Assembly: GCA_019057795.1 (NCBI GenBank)
Contig: JAHLWS010000069.1
Span: 46,835 to 110,834, forward strand
DNA from: Promethearchaeota archaeon
Lineage (GTDB): Archaea > Asgardarchaeota > Lokiarchaeia > Sigyniarchaeales > SOKP01
Reading direction: 5' to 3'
DNA length: 64,000 nt
Every line of letters begins with the position of its first letter. Within the stretch, counting starts at the first letter, position 1. Both the position numbers and the translations under genes were made by a program. The notes under the pieces are model-generated. The model saw only the letters and a program-made list of their open reading frames with translations, was not told the DNA's origin and did no database searches. This document shows, piece by piece, positions 18,722-28,995 of this stretch.

Positions 18722-20555
18722 AATTAAAGAAAAAATTAAGTCCGGATATATCTCATCTATAAACGGATCCTTAATAGAAATAAAAGGCTTAGAAAACTAT
18801 GTACGGCTAAATGATTTAATTAAGGAGTCTAAACATAAAATTTTAGGCGAAGTAATCCAAATTTATTCAGATCATGTTACTGCTCAATGTTTTGAAAATA
18901 CTTCTAATTTAAAATTAAATGAAGAAGTTATTAGTTTACAAGAACCCTTATCAATGGAATTAGGTCCTGGTTTATTAGGACATATCTTTGATGGTATTCA
19001 AAGACCATTGGAAGCAACTTTTTTGAGTTCTAAAGGCGAAGGATTTTTAAAGAGAGGAGTTGATTTACCTGCTTTATCAAGAGCGAAAAATTGGCATTTT
19101 AAACCAGTAAAAAAGATAAATGATTATGTAAGTACGGGGTATGTAGTTGGAACCGTTCAGGAAACAGAACTCATTGAACATAAGATTATGATTCCATTAG
19201 GAATTTCCGGAAAAATAACCTATATTGCAGAAGAAGGAGAATATACTGTTAGTGACGAAATTTACCGCTTGAAAAATGGTTCCAAAGAAAAATCGTTTAA
19301 TATGATTCAAAAATGGCCAATCACCAAAAATAGGCCTTATAAAGAGCGAGGCTTTCCTAATGAACCACTAATTACAGGAATGAGGGTAATCGATTTACTA
19401 TTTCCAATAGTAAAGGGAGGTACAGTTGCCGTTCCTGGAGGATTTGGAACGGGCAAAACGGTAATCCAACAATCTCTAGCAAAATGGTGTAACGCAGATA
19501 TAATTATTTTTGTTGGATGTGGAGAACGAGGAAACGAGATTGCAGACGTCTTAAAACAGTTTTCTGAAATAAAAGATCCAAAAAGTGGACGCCCGTTATT
19601 AGAACGAATTGTTATCCTAGCTAATACATCTAATATGCCCGTATCTGCGCGAGAAGCAAGTATATTTTCTGGAGTTACAATTGGTGAATATTTTAGAGAT
19701 ATGGGGTATGATGTAGCAGTTTTAGCAGACAGTACTTCAAGATGGGCAGAATCATTACGGGAAATATCAGGGTTATTAGAAGAAATGCCGGCCGAAGAAG
19801 GATATCCGGCTTATTTACCCTCTAAAATTTCTAGCTTTTATGAAAGAGCTGGTGTTGTTAAGATATTGGGAGAAAAAGATTCTGGAAAAGAGAAATTCGG
19901 GTCTATAACAATTATTGGTTCAGTATCACCGCCTTCAGGAGATTTCAGTGAGCCCGTTACTTCAACTACAAAGCGTTTTGTTCAGGCTTTTTGGGCATTA
20001 GATGCGAGTTTAGCATATTCTAAACATTATCCTGCGATTAATTGGTTAAATTCATATTCAAAATATCCTGAATTCATCTCAGATTGGTGGTTTGAAAGAG
20101 ATATTTATTGGCCTGAGATAGATATAGATTGGTACGAGTGTAGAAAACAAATAAATAGCATCCTATCTCAAGAAAACGAACTAAAAAATGTCACCCAATT
20201 AGTTGGTGAAGAAAACTTACCAGAAAATCAACAATTTATCCTATTCATTTCACGATTGATTAGAAATGGTTTATTAATTCAAAATGCCTTTGATTCTATA
20301 GATTGTTTTACAGACGTTAAAAAATTAATTGGAATAGTAAAACTCATTCTATTACTATTTAAAGAAGGCAATCAACTCTTAAAGCAAGGTTTTCTAATTG
20401 AAGATATCAAAGAACTCGATGTTGTAAATGATATTCTTAGGACTTGCCGTACTGTTCCTAATAATAATTTTGTTCAAATAGAGAAATTAAGAAAGAAAAT
20501 GCTAAACGAAATAGAGTCATTAAAATTAACATATGGTATTTTTAGGAAAAAATGA
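18714..20555 (+). CDS. atpA: A/V-type ATP synthase catalytic subunit A
   Basis: [15 protein letters not shown] (Walker A), [36 protein letters not shown]. Confidence 0.97.
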   Translation: MNEIKEKIKSGYISSINGSLIEIKGLENYVRLNDLIKESKHKILGEVIQIYSDHVTAQCFENTSNLKLNEEVISLQEPLSMELGPGLLGHIFDGIQRPLEATFLSSKGEGFLKRGVDLPALSRAKNWHFKPVKKINDYVSTGYVVGTVQETELIEHKIMIPLGISGKITYIAEEGEYTVSDEIYRLKNGSKEKSFNMIQKWPITKNRPYKERGFPNEPLITGMRVIDLLFPIVKGGTVAVPGGFGTGKTVIQQSLAKWCNADIIIFVGCGERGNEIADVLKQFSEIKDPKSGRPLLERIVILANTSNMPVSAREASIFSGVTIGEYFRDMGYDVAVLADSTSRWAESLREISGLLEEMPAEEGYPAYLPSKISSFYERAGVVKILGEKDSGKEKFGSITIIGSVSPPSGDFSEPVTSTTKRFVQAFWALDASLAYSKHYPAINWLNSYSKYPEFISDWWFERDIYWPEIDIDWYECRKQINSILSQENELKNVTQLVGEENLPENQQFILFISRLIRNGLLIQNAFDSIDCFTDVKKLIGIVKLILLLFKEGNQLLKQGFLIEDIKELDVVNDILRTCRTVPNNNFVQIEKLRKKMLNEIESLKLTYGIFRKK

Positions 20556-21943
20556 GCGTAATTTATAGAAAAATAAAACAAATTGTTGGACCTTTAATAT
20601 TTCTAGATAATAGACACGATGTACAATATGGTGAAATCGTTAAAATTCATTCTGATGATGGAAAAGAACGTATAGGCCAAGTCGTAAAAATGGATGAAAA
20701 GATTATAACAATTGAAGTATTTGAAAATACAGCTGGACTTTCTTCAGAAAATTCTACAATTACTTTTACTGAAGATTCTTTTAAGATAAAAATTTCAAGT
20801 GATATGATTGGAAGAGTTTTTAACTCCTTAGGAAAACCTATTGATATTAATACGAAACAAGTGTTAGATTCAGACATTTTTACCGAAATTGAACGGGATA
20901 TAAACGGTTTACCAATTAATCCTTTTGCAAGAGAATATCCAACGCAAGTCATCCAAACGGGAATATCGGTAATAGACGGTCTTTTTACCTTAATAAGAGG
21001 ACAAAAACTCCCAATATTTAGTGGTCAAGGATTACCCCATAATCTATTAGCTGCTCAAATTGTTACTCAAGCAAAAGTTTTGACAGAAGAACCATTCTTA
21101 ATAATTTTTTGTGGAATTGGAATTATCCAAGATGAAGCAATTTTTTTTATGAATCGTTTTAAAGAAAGTGGAAACATACAAAATATCATTTCTTTTATCA
21201 ATTTTGCTGACGATCCAATAATGGAAAGACTAATAATTCCGCGCGTAGCATTAACTACTGCGGAATATTTTGCATTTGAAAAAGATATGCATGTTCTTGT
21301 TGTTTTAATAGACATGACGAATTATGCTGAAGCTTTAAGAGAACTAAGCTCCGCCAAAGAAGAGATTCCTAGCAGAAAGGGGTATCCGGGTTATTTATAC
21401 ACTGATTTCGCATCGATCTATGAAAGAACTGGTAAAATTAAAGGTAAAAAAGGGACAATAACCCAATTACCGATTTTGACGATGCCTAACGACGACATTT
21501 CTCACCCAATTCCGGATACAACAGGGTACATAACTGAAGGTCAGTTAGTTCTAAATCGTAACTTAGAAAAAAAAGGAATATATCCCCCTTTTGAAGTCTT
21601 AGCGTCTATATCACGACTTATGAAAGACTCAATCGGTAAAGATACTACTAGGGAAGACCATGCTGATGTTAACTCTCAACTATTAGCATCGTATTCAGCT
21701 GCCCTTGAAGTTAGAGATCTTATATCGATTGTGGGGGAAGATGGATTAAACTTAAATCAAAAATCGTTATTAAGATTTGGTAACTTTTTCGAACAAAATT
21801 TTTTAAATCAAGGGTACACAGAGGAAAGGGATTTTTCAACGACTCTCAATATTGCATGGAAAGCTTTATCTAATTTACCAAAAAATCAATTATTTAGAAT
21901 ACATGACGATTTTATTGATAAGTATTACATTGAAGAGGTGTAA
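20552..21943 (+). CDS. atpB: A/V-type ATP synthase subunit B
   Basis: [50 protein letters not shown]. Confidence 0.97.
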   Translation: MSVIYRKIKQIVGPLIFLDNRHDVQYGEIVKIHSDDGKERIGQVVKMDEKIITIEVFENTAGLSSENSTITFTEDSFKIKISSDMIGRVFNSLGKPIDINTKQVLDSDIFTEIERDINGLPINPFAREYPTQVIQTGISVIDGLFTLIRGQKLPIFSGQGLPHNLLAAQIVTQAKVLTEEPFLIIFCGIGIIQDEAIFFMNRFKESGNIQNIISFINFADDPIMERLIIPRVALTTAEYFAFEKDMHVLVVLIDMTNYAEALRELSSAKEEIPSRKGYPGYLYTDFASIYERTGKIKGKKGTITQLPILTMPNDDISHPIPDTTGYITEGQLVLNRNLEKKGIYPPFEVLASISRLMKDSIGKDTTREDHADVNSQLLASYSAALEVRDLISIVGEDGLNLNQKSLLRFGNFFEQNFLNQGYTEERDFSTTLNIAWKALSNLPKNQLFRIHDDFIDKYYIEEV

Positions 21944-22588
21944 GTATCAATTAGTTTTAGAGAGTTTAAGCCCACAAAAACAAATTTAATGAGTCTACAG
22001 AAAAGGTTAACTTTTGCTGTTAAAGGCGAAAATTTTCTAAAATTTAAATTAGAACAAATAATATTTGAAATCAAAAAAAATTGGGATAATTATTTAAAAC
22101 AACGTGAAATCTTTTTAGAATTATTCAAAGAAACTATGATTAAACTTAATCAAACATATAAAGAAATGGGTAAACGAGAATTTAATTTAATTAGCAAATT
22201 AAGTAAAATCCAATATAACCCAATGATTTCTATAAATTATATAAAGAAGATTGGAACATTAGTGCCAATAATAGATTACAAACTGATACGGGAGGAATCG
22301 CTTCCAGCTTACTCTTTTGAAAATACATCTCATTATCTTGATGATTTGATTATTCTTTTAATAAAGTTTTTTGAAAGCCTTATAATTTTTTCACAGTCTG
22401 AAGATCTATTATTGAAACTCTCCCTAACTTTTAAAAAAATAAATCGTAGGATAAATGGTCTAAAGAATGTAATAATTCCTGAACTACAAATAGACATTAA
22501 AAAAATTAAAGCTATATTAGAAGAAATTGAAAGAGAGAATTATGTTCGGTTAAAAAATACAAAAGATCTTATTACAAAAAATGTTTAA
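21944..22588 (+). CDS. atpD: A/V-type ATP synthase subunit D
   Basis: INRRINGLKNVIIP, LEEIERENYVRLK. The conserved N-terminal KPTKTNL lies upstream of the ORF-track ATG at 21989, so the true start is at about 21944-21950. Confidence 0.88.
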   Translation, partial: VSISFREFKPTKTNLMSLQKRLTFAVKGENFLKFKLEQIIFEIKKNWDNYLKQREIFLELFKETMIKLNQTYKEMGKREFNLISKLSKIQYNPMISINYIKKIGTLVPIIDYKLIREESLPAYSFENTSHYLDDLIILLIKFFESLIIFSQSEDLLLKLSLTFKKINRRINGLKNVIIPELQIDIKKIKAILEEIERENYVRLKNTKDLITKNV

Positions 22589-22605
22589 GTGAGGAATGAA
22601 AAAAA

Positions 22606-24894
22606 ATGACAAAGAAAAGCCCAATGGAATTATTTAAGGTAAATATTAATCGTAATTACAAGGATCTTCTATTACAACACCTATCCCAGCTTAATCTAGT
22701 TCACATTAAAACGAAACCTGAAATAAGCGACATAATTGAAAAAGATAAAGTTTTGTTTGATAGAATTAAGAAATTAAGCCAAAATTTAGAAACCTTATTC
22801 AAAAACCTTAATATTACTGAATCTGACTTCCAGAAATTAATATTTGAAAAAGAAGAGAGAAAAGAATTTGATGCTAAAGATATAGACGATTTGTTAAATC
22901 AAATATTGAGTGAAATTAATTTTTATTCAAACCGTGTTAATGAGTTAAAAAGATATATGATCACTATCAAAGTGGAATTGGATAAAATAAATTTGATTCA
23001 TGTAAGTTACATATTTTTGGAAAAATATGATTTAACGCGAACTAAATTATCGAAGTTTAATCGATTAGAATTTAAAGCCTTTACAACCTTCTCAAAGAAC
23101 CTCGAAAATATAGAGAATCTTTTTGAATTTTCTTATTTTCCGAATTTTTTTCAGTATGATTTTTTAAGCGATGAAAGAATTGCCTTTTTCGTAATCTATC
23201 CAAAGGAAAAAGAAGAGGCATTTAGAGAGAGAATACGCCTCATTCATGCCGAAGAAGTACCGATTCTTAAAAAATATTTGCAGTCAAATGGGATAAACTT
23301 TCCTCGTATAGCAGATGAAATCAAGTTTATTGTGTCGTCCTTAAATAAATATCAAAAGGAATTAGAACGATTAAGAGACAATAACATACTATTATTTGCT
23401 GCTACGAATGAGATCATGCAAAATATAGAAGAATATAATTGGGCTTCACATCAATTCGAAGAATTATCTTTAAATCGATTAAGTTTGAGTTTTTTTATTC
23501 CACAAGAAAAAAAACAAGAAATACAAAAGGGGTTGATTGAAAAGTTCCAAGATCAAATAACGATTGAATCAATCGCTATTACAAAAGATAGATCTGTTAG
23601 TTTAAAAGAAGATAAGAGCCATATACGCCCAAGAAAGTCACCAGACTCCAAAAGGAAAGACTCTTCATTAAAGGAAGAACCGACCAATAATAATAAAGAA
23701 ATTAAAAAGGATTTAAGAAATACAGCTCCTACAATTATGAAGAATAATTTCTTTATGAGACCCTTTGAAACTATTACTAAAATGTACGGTGTTCCTGCTT
23801 ATTCAGAAATTGATCCCACTCCCTTTTTGGCAATAACATTCCCAATTTTGTTTGGATTGATGTTTGGGGATATTGGACATGGTATCACATTAATTATCTC
23901 CGGTTTAATTGGAGCATTTGTCTTTAGGAACAAAAAAAGTACCGATTTCTTAAATTTTTGCTGGATCATTCTGTATTGTGGAATCGGTTCTATACTAGTT
24001 GGGATTTTATATGGCGAATTTTTTGGGATGCATGACATTGAATTATTTGGAACGATTTTTTTACACTTAGAACCTGTTACCATTCCATTTTTGAATATCA
24101 CTTTACACAATCCATTGGAAAATATAATGGTTGTTTTTAAGTTTGCTATATTAATTGGGGTAGTACATATTAATTTGGGCTGGTTCATACAATTTTTGAA
24201 TTATTGGAAGCAGCATAGAAAATACTTAGGTTTTACTGACTCTTTAGTTAAAATCTGGTTATTAACTGGGGGAACTATTTTAATTTTTACTTTTGGTTTT
24301 GATATCTATGTATGGATGGCACCTCCTTACCCAATTTTGTTGCCCTTGCTCCCAGGTATATTATTAATACTCTTAAAACCATTTGGCAAAATTTTCCACA
24401 TTTCTTATTTGAAAGAAGAGACAATTGGAGGCCTTATAGGGGAAGGTACAATGGAGTCATTTGAAACATTATTATCGATAATGAGCAATGTAGCATCTTA
24501 TATAAGATTACTAGCTTTAGCTTTAGCACATATCTCTTTAATGGTCGCAATTCAAGCAATGGGGAATTTATTTCAAGGTGGGGCGTTTATTAACGAGATA
24601 ATTAATATAGTAGGATTGATATTAGGTAATACGCTTGTTATTTTACTAGAAGGATTACTTGTTTTTATAAATACCATCAGGCTCCATTTTTATGAATTTT
24701 TCTTCAAATTCTATCAAGGAACTGGAGTTACATATATCCCTTTTTATTTAGACGATGAATATTCTATCGTTTCCTTTAAATTAAGCGCCATAAAAGATGT
24801 TATTTCCGAAGAAATAGATAAAGAGATTGAATCAAAGAAAACTCATGAGGATATAATTAAAGCAGAAAAATACATTTATAAAAAATATTTATAA
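22606..24894 (+). CDS. atpI: A/V-type ATP synthase subunit I (a)
   Basis: MYGVPAYSEIDPT, FGLMFGDIGHG, SNVASYIRLLALALAH (essential Arg), RLHFYEFF. Confidence 0.96.
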   Translation: MTKKSPMELFKVNINRNYKDLLLQHLSQLNLVHIKTKPEISDIIEKDKVLFDRIKKLSQNLETLFKNLNITESDFQKLIFEKEERKEFDAKDIDDLLNQILSEINFYSNRVNELKRYMITIKVELDKINLIHVSYIFLEKYDLTRTKLSKFNRLEFKAFTTFSKNLENIENLFEFSYFPNFFQYDFLSDERIAFFVIYPKEKEEAFRERIRLIHAEEVPILKKYLQSNGINFPRIADEIKFIVSSLNKYQKELERLRDNNILLFAATNEIMQNIEEYNWASHQFEELSLNRLSLSFFIPQEKKQEIQKGLIEKFQDQITIESIAITKDRSVSLKEDKSHIRPRKSPDSKRKDSSLKEEPTNNNKEIKKDLRNTAPTIMKNNFFMRPFETITKMYGVPAYSEIDPTPFLAITFPILFGLMFGDIGHGITLIISGLIGAFVFRNKKSTDFLNFCWIILYCGIGSILVGILYGEFFGMHDIELFGTIFLHLEPVTIPFLNITLHNPLENIMVVFKFAILIGVVHINLGWFIQFLNYWKQHRKYLGFTDSLVKIWLLTGGTILIFTFGFDIYVWMAPPYPILLPLLPGILLILLKPFGKIFHISYLKEETIGGLIGEGTMESFETLLSIMSNVASYIRLLALALAHISLMVAIQAMGNLFQGGAFINEIINIVGLILGNTLVILLEGLLVFINTIRLHFYEFFFKFYQGTGVTYIPFYLDDEYSIVSFKLSAIKDVISEEIDKEIESKKTHEDIIKAEKYIYKKYL

Positions 24895-24914
24895 AGTAGG
24901 TTTATTGTAAAAAT

Positions 24915-25439
24915 ATGAAAACCGAAAACACGAAAGAAAACTCATCCAAGAAAAATATTTTTCTCAAAATATTACTACCAATTGTTTGTCTAGTTGTGAT
25001 AATCTTTTTATATATTATTTTGATGGAATTTGGAGTACATCCACTTCTCATTATTTTAATACTAGGATTTGTGCTGTTACTGTTTGTAGGATCCTTTTTT
25101 ATGGAAAAAAAGCAAAGCCCAATTTATTCAAAAATTTTTCCTTATAAAAAAAGAAGAAGTCAAGATTTTCATCGAAAATTGGAAATAAAGATAGAAACGG
25201 AACCTGAGAAACCGGTTCAAAAAGATTTTAAAGAAGTGAATCTAAACTTTAAGTATCGCAAATCCCTTATGAATAAATGCGAAAATTGCGGGATGCTTAT
25301 AACAAGCTACAGGAAAAATTGCCCTACATGTGGTCAAGCACTTGAAATGAAAGAAATTGTGAAGAAATGTAAAAATTGCGGAATGTTAATTACAAAGTCT
25401 GTGAAAATATGTCCAATTTGTAGAAAGCGAACAATATAA
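24915..25439 (+). CDS. membrane protein with two C-terminal double zinc-ribbon repeats
   Basis: Two N-terminal TM helices; CENCGMLITSYRKNCPTCG and CKNCGMLITKSVKICPICR. Confidence 0.8.
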   Translation: MKTENTKENSSKKNIFLKILLPIVCLVVIIFLYIILMEFGVHPLLIILILGFVLLLFVGSFFMEKKQSPIYSKIFPYKKRRSQDFHRKLEIKIETEPEKPVQKDFKEVNLNFKYRKSLMNKCENCGMLITSYRKNCPTCGQALEMKEIVKKCKNCGMLITKSVKICPICRKRTI

Positions 25440-25481
25440 TAAAAAACATAATGTTAACTTACATGGTAGGATTAGTAAAAA

Positions 25482-27293
25482 ATGGTCACAGAAACAAATA
25501 ATTCTAATTTGGGTTTTATATCTGCCGTCAATGGATCATTAGTGGAGGTTAAAGGATTAGAAAATCAGGTTCGGCTTCACGATTTAATTAAGATTAGTAA
25601 ATATAACATTATTTGTCAGGTAATTCAAATCTACGCGAATCGAGTAATAGCCCAATCTTTTGAAAGTACTAATAGTATAAAGTTACACGATAAAGTAATT
25701 AATCTCAACGAACCTTTATCCATGGAGTTAGCACCAGGATTGTTAGCAAATGTTTTTGATGGAATTCAGAGACCTTTAGATCTTACTTTCAGCCAGTTTA
25801 AAGAAGGAAGATTAGGAAGAGGCCTTGAATTTCCCTCTTTATCAAGAACAAAAAAATGGCATTTTATTCCATCAAGCAAAATAAATGATTCTTTAAGTAG
25901 TGGAGATGAAATTGGTACCGTTCAAGAAACATCCTTTTTTGAACATAAAATAATGATTCCTCCTGAAAATTCTGGTATTTTATCGTTTATTGTTGACGAA
26001 GGTGATTATACAATCATCGAAGAGATATATACCTTGAAAAAGCAGAATGTAGAAAAATCTTTTTGTATGTTACAAAAATGGCCAGTCACTATGAGCAAAC
26101 CTTATAGCTCAAAAGAGCAACCTAGCGAACCTTTACTAACTGGCTTGCGTATTGTAGATTTATTGTTCCCCATAGCTAAAGGTGGTACTTTTGCGGTTCC
26201 AGGAGGGTTTGGAACTGGTAAAACAATTATTTCACAACATATAGCTAAATTTTGTAACGCAGAAATTTGCGTTTTTATAGGATGTGGAGAGCCTGGCAAT
26301 GAAATTGCAAATTTTCTAAAACAATTCACGGAAACTATCGATCCCAAAACGGGAAGACCTTTAATAGAACATATTGTTCTTATTGCTAATACTTCAAATA
26401 TGCCCGTATCTGCTCGCGAAGCAAGCCTTTTTTCAGGAATTACAATAGCAGAATATTATAGAGATATGGGTTACGATGTTGCCGTTGTAGCAGATAGTAT
26501 TTCGAGATGGGCAGAATCATTAAGGGAGATCTCAGGGTTATTAGAGGAAATGCCTGCTGAAGAGGGTTATCCTGCGTATTTGCCATCGAAACTATCAAGT
26601 TTCTTTGAACGAGCCGGTGTTATTACAACTTTAGGGAAAAAAAAAGGATCAATTACAATCATAGGATCGTTATCTCCACCAGCTGGTGATTTTAGCGAAC
26701 CGGTTACCGCAGCTACTAAACGTGTTGTTCAGGGGATTTGGGCTTTAGACCCTAAATTAGCATATCTAAAACATTATCCTGCAATTAGTTGGATCAGTTC
26801 ATATTCCAATTATCCTGAGTATGTAGCAGAATGGTGGAGCGAGAGAGACATTGTTTGGCCTGAGATAAATTTAAACTGGTTTGAGTGTAGAAAACAAGTA
26901 AATGAGATTTTAGCAAAAGAAAACGAGTTGAAATATCTTACCCAGCTACTAGGGCTAAAGAATTTAGCTGAAGATCAAAGGTTAGAAATTTTTACGGCAA
27001 ATCTAATAAGAAATGCTTTTTTAGTTCAAAACGCTTTCAACGAAGTAGATAGTTATACGAGTAGTAGAAAATTGCTAGGGTTAGTAAAAGTAACACTTTT
27101 ATTATATAATAAAACTAAATCACTCGTAAAGCGAGGCTTTCTAATTGATGAGAAGAGGTGTGATGAAATTCTCAATGAGATTATGAAAATTAGCCATTAT
27201 GCTCCTAATGAAAATTTTGAACAAATTGAAGAGCTAAGGGATAAAATTAATAATGAATCTTTAGGTTTAGTTTTTAAAGTTCATCGAAGATAG
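25482..27293 (+). CDS. atpA: second A/V-type ATP synthase subunit A paralog (GEPGNE variant)
   Basis: Full-length homolog of 18714..20555 with an intact Walker A (PGGFGTGKT). The catalytic motif reads GCGEPGNE. Confidence 0.93.
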   Translation: MVTETNNSNLGFISAVNGSLVEVKGLENQVRLHDLIKISKYNIICQVIQIYANRVIAQSFESTNSIKLHDKVINLNEPLSMELAPGLLANVFDGIQRPLDLTFSQFKEGRLGRGLEFPSLSRTKKWHFIPSSKINDSLSSGDEIGTVQETSFFEHKIMIPPENSGILSFIVDEGDYTIIEEIYTLKKQNVEKSFCMLQKWPVTMSKPYSSKEQPSEPLLTGLRIVDLLFPIAKGGTFAVPGGFGTGKTIISQHIAKFCNAEICVFIGCGEPGNEIANFLKQFTETIDPKTGRPLIEHIVLIANTSNMPVSAREASLFSGITIAEYYRDMGYDVAVVADSISRWAESLREISGLLEEMPAEEGYPAYLPSKLSSFFERAGVITTLGKKKGSITIIGSLSPPAGDFSEPVTAATKRVVQGIWALDPKLAYLKHYPAISWISSYSNYPEYVAEWWSERDIVWPEINLNWFECRKQVNEILAKENELKYLTQLLGLKNLAEDQRLEIFTANLIRNAFLVQNAFNEVDSYTSSRKLLGLVKVTLLLYNKTKSLVKRGFLIDEKRCDEILNEIMKISHYAPNENFEQIEELRDKINNESLGLVFKVHRR

Positions 27294-27329
27294 AAAACCT
27301 ATTATCTATTTTTAAGGTTTGTCTGCGTC

Positions 27330-27932
27330 TCATGGTTTGAACCATTCAAAGAAGTAATAACTCATTGTTAATGGATTGGCGATTACAAATTTCTTCCTTA
27401 CAGAGGTTGCCAACCTTCCAGCTCGAACCATATCAATCGCAGTTATTTTTGCATCATGAGGTAATACATGAGCAATAAACGCTGAATGCTCTAACCCTGG
27501 TCCTTTCTTATACACTACAAAATCAGCGCCAAATTTTAGCCCCGGACGAGGAATGTATCCCTTTTTCCTTAAATCTTGGTAAATAATATATTTTTCTTCA
27601 AATTTATGATGTATTTTTTTTCCTATTTCGTGAAATTCTTTGGTAGAAAGGTATTTATCGCTCTTCGCGTCAAATATAGTAATTTTTTCTTTTTCTAACA
27701 AGAAAAGTGCTTCAATTAGGGATAATTCCGATGGTTTAGAGAAATATTCTAAACGTGGTTTACTAATCCCGAGAGGAGCCCCAAAAAACTTTTGTTTAAC
27801 ATATAAATAGGAAGCATGCAGTGGATTAAACACAATTACGCGATTATTAATAAATTTAGTTGGAATCTTTTTAGGGATGTCGTCGTCGTTTAAATCCTCC
27901 AGCGAAATGGGAGTCTCTTTTTCTTTACTCAT
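27330..27932 (-). CDS. endA: tRNA-intron endonuclease (catalytic subunit)
   Basis: LSLIEALFL, YQDLRKKGY, GLKFGADFVVYKKGPGLEHS, RLATSVRKK (Tyr/His/Lys triad). Confidence 0.93.
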   Translation of the reverse strand: MSKEKETPISLEDLNDDDIPKKIPTKFINNRVIVFNPLHASYLYVKQKFFGAPLGISKPRLEYFSKPSELSLIEALFLLEKEKITIFDAKSDKYLSTKEFHEIGKKIHHKFEEKYIIYQDLRKKGYIPRPGLKFGADFVVYKKGPGLEHSAFIAHVLPHDAKITAIDMVRAGRLATSVRKKFVIANPLTMSYYFFEWFKP

Positions 27933-28057
27933 CTAATTAGATGTATAACGGATAATTTAATAATTCTTCCAATTTAACTAGCAATAGATAAAATTATATA
28001 AATTTTTAATACAATTGTTTTAATAGAATAATTTAAATCATTCACTCAAAATTAAAT

Positions 28058-28981
28058 TTGGTATTAAGAGAATCTTCTGCCGCGGGAATTTATTATCCAC
28101 GATCCAAATCGGATTTAATTAAAATGTTGGATGAATCCTTTTTAGATAAAGAATTTGGCCCAAATGAAAAATTCGACTCTTTAAACGAAAAAACAAGAAC
28201 AGTATTTGGTGGAATATCTCCACACGGGGGTTACGTTTATTCTGGTAGCTGTGCGGCGCATATGTATTTACATTTGTTTAAGGAAAAAATCCCGGATACA
28301 GTTGTAATATTAGCCACTGAAGATTTAGGATATAACAACATTGCTTTATTAGAAGTAGGTGAATGGGAAACTCCTTTAGGTAACTTAGAGGTTGATAGCG
28401 ATTTGTCTCAAAAATTGCTAAAAACGAGTAGCATGGTTAAAGGAGATGATTCTGCATTTGTTGGATTTCCCTTTGGAAGAGAATACTACATTGATGTACA
28501 ATTGCCGTTTATTAAATATTGTGCGTTAAAGAGAGAGATAAAAATCTTGCCAATTATTATTTCTATAATGGATTATGATAAATTAGATAAATTATCTGAA
28601 AATATCGCGAGAGCAGTCCAATCCTTAAACAAAGATATAGTATTTATAGGTTCTACAGATATGAGTCATATTATTTGTAAAGATGAATTTACTGCTGAAC
28701 TTAAAGTGCAAGAAATGCTCTTAGCAGATAAAACTGTAATCAAATCGTTTACAGAATTTAATCCAAAGAAGATTTTTTTTGATGCGTCAAAATCTTCTAT
28801 AAAAGGGCCACAAATTCTTACCACATTAATGCTAATATGTAAAAGGATGGGTGCTAACGAATGTAGAGCTCTAAGTTATTACACTAGTTATGACAAAGGT
28901 GGAGGAGCTGGTCCATGTAAATATAATGTAGGATATTTTTCGGGGATTATTATAAAAGATTTAATAGAAAAAGAACAATAA
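28058..28981 (+). CDS. MEMO1/AmmeMemoRadiSam protein B paralog with degenerate metal site
   Basis: SPHGGYVYSG, WETPLG, VQLPF, STDMSH, VGYFS; several His/Cys ligands are replaced. Confidence 0.85.
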   Translation: MVLRESSAAGIYYPRSKSDLIKMLDESFLDKEFGPNEKFDSLNEKTRTVFGGISPHGGYVYSGSCAAHMYLHLFKEKIPDTVVILATEDLGYNNIALLEVGEWETPLGNLEVDSDLSQKLLKTSSMVKGDDSAFVGFPFGREYYIDVQLPFIKYCALKREIKILPIIISIMDYDKLDKLSENIARAVQSLNKDIVFIGSTDMSHIICKDEFTAELKVQEMLLADKTVIKSFTEFNPKKIFFDASKSSIKGPQILTTLMLICKRMGANECRALSYYTSYDKGGGAGPCKYNVGYFSGIIIKDLIEKEQ

Positions 28982-28995
28982 TTATTTAGAAGAAG

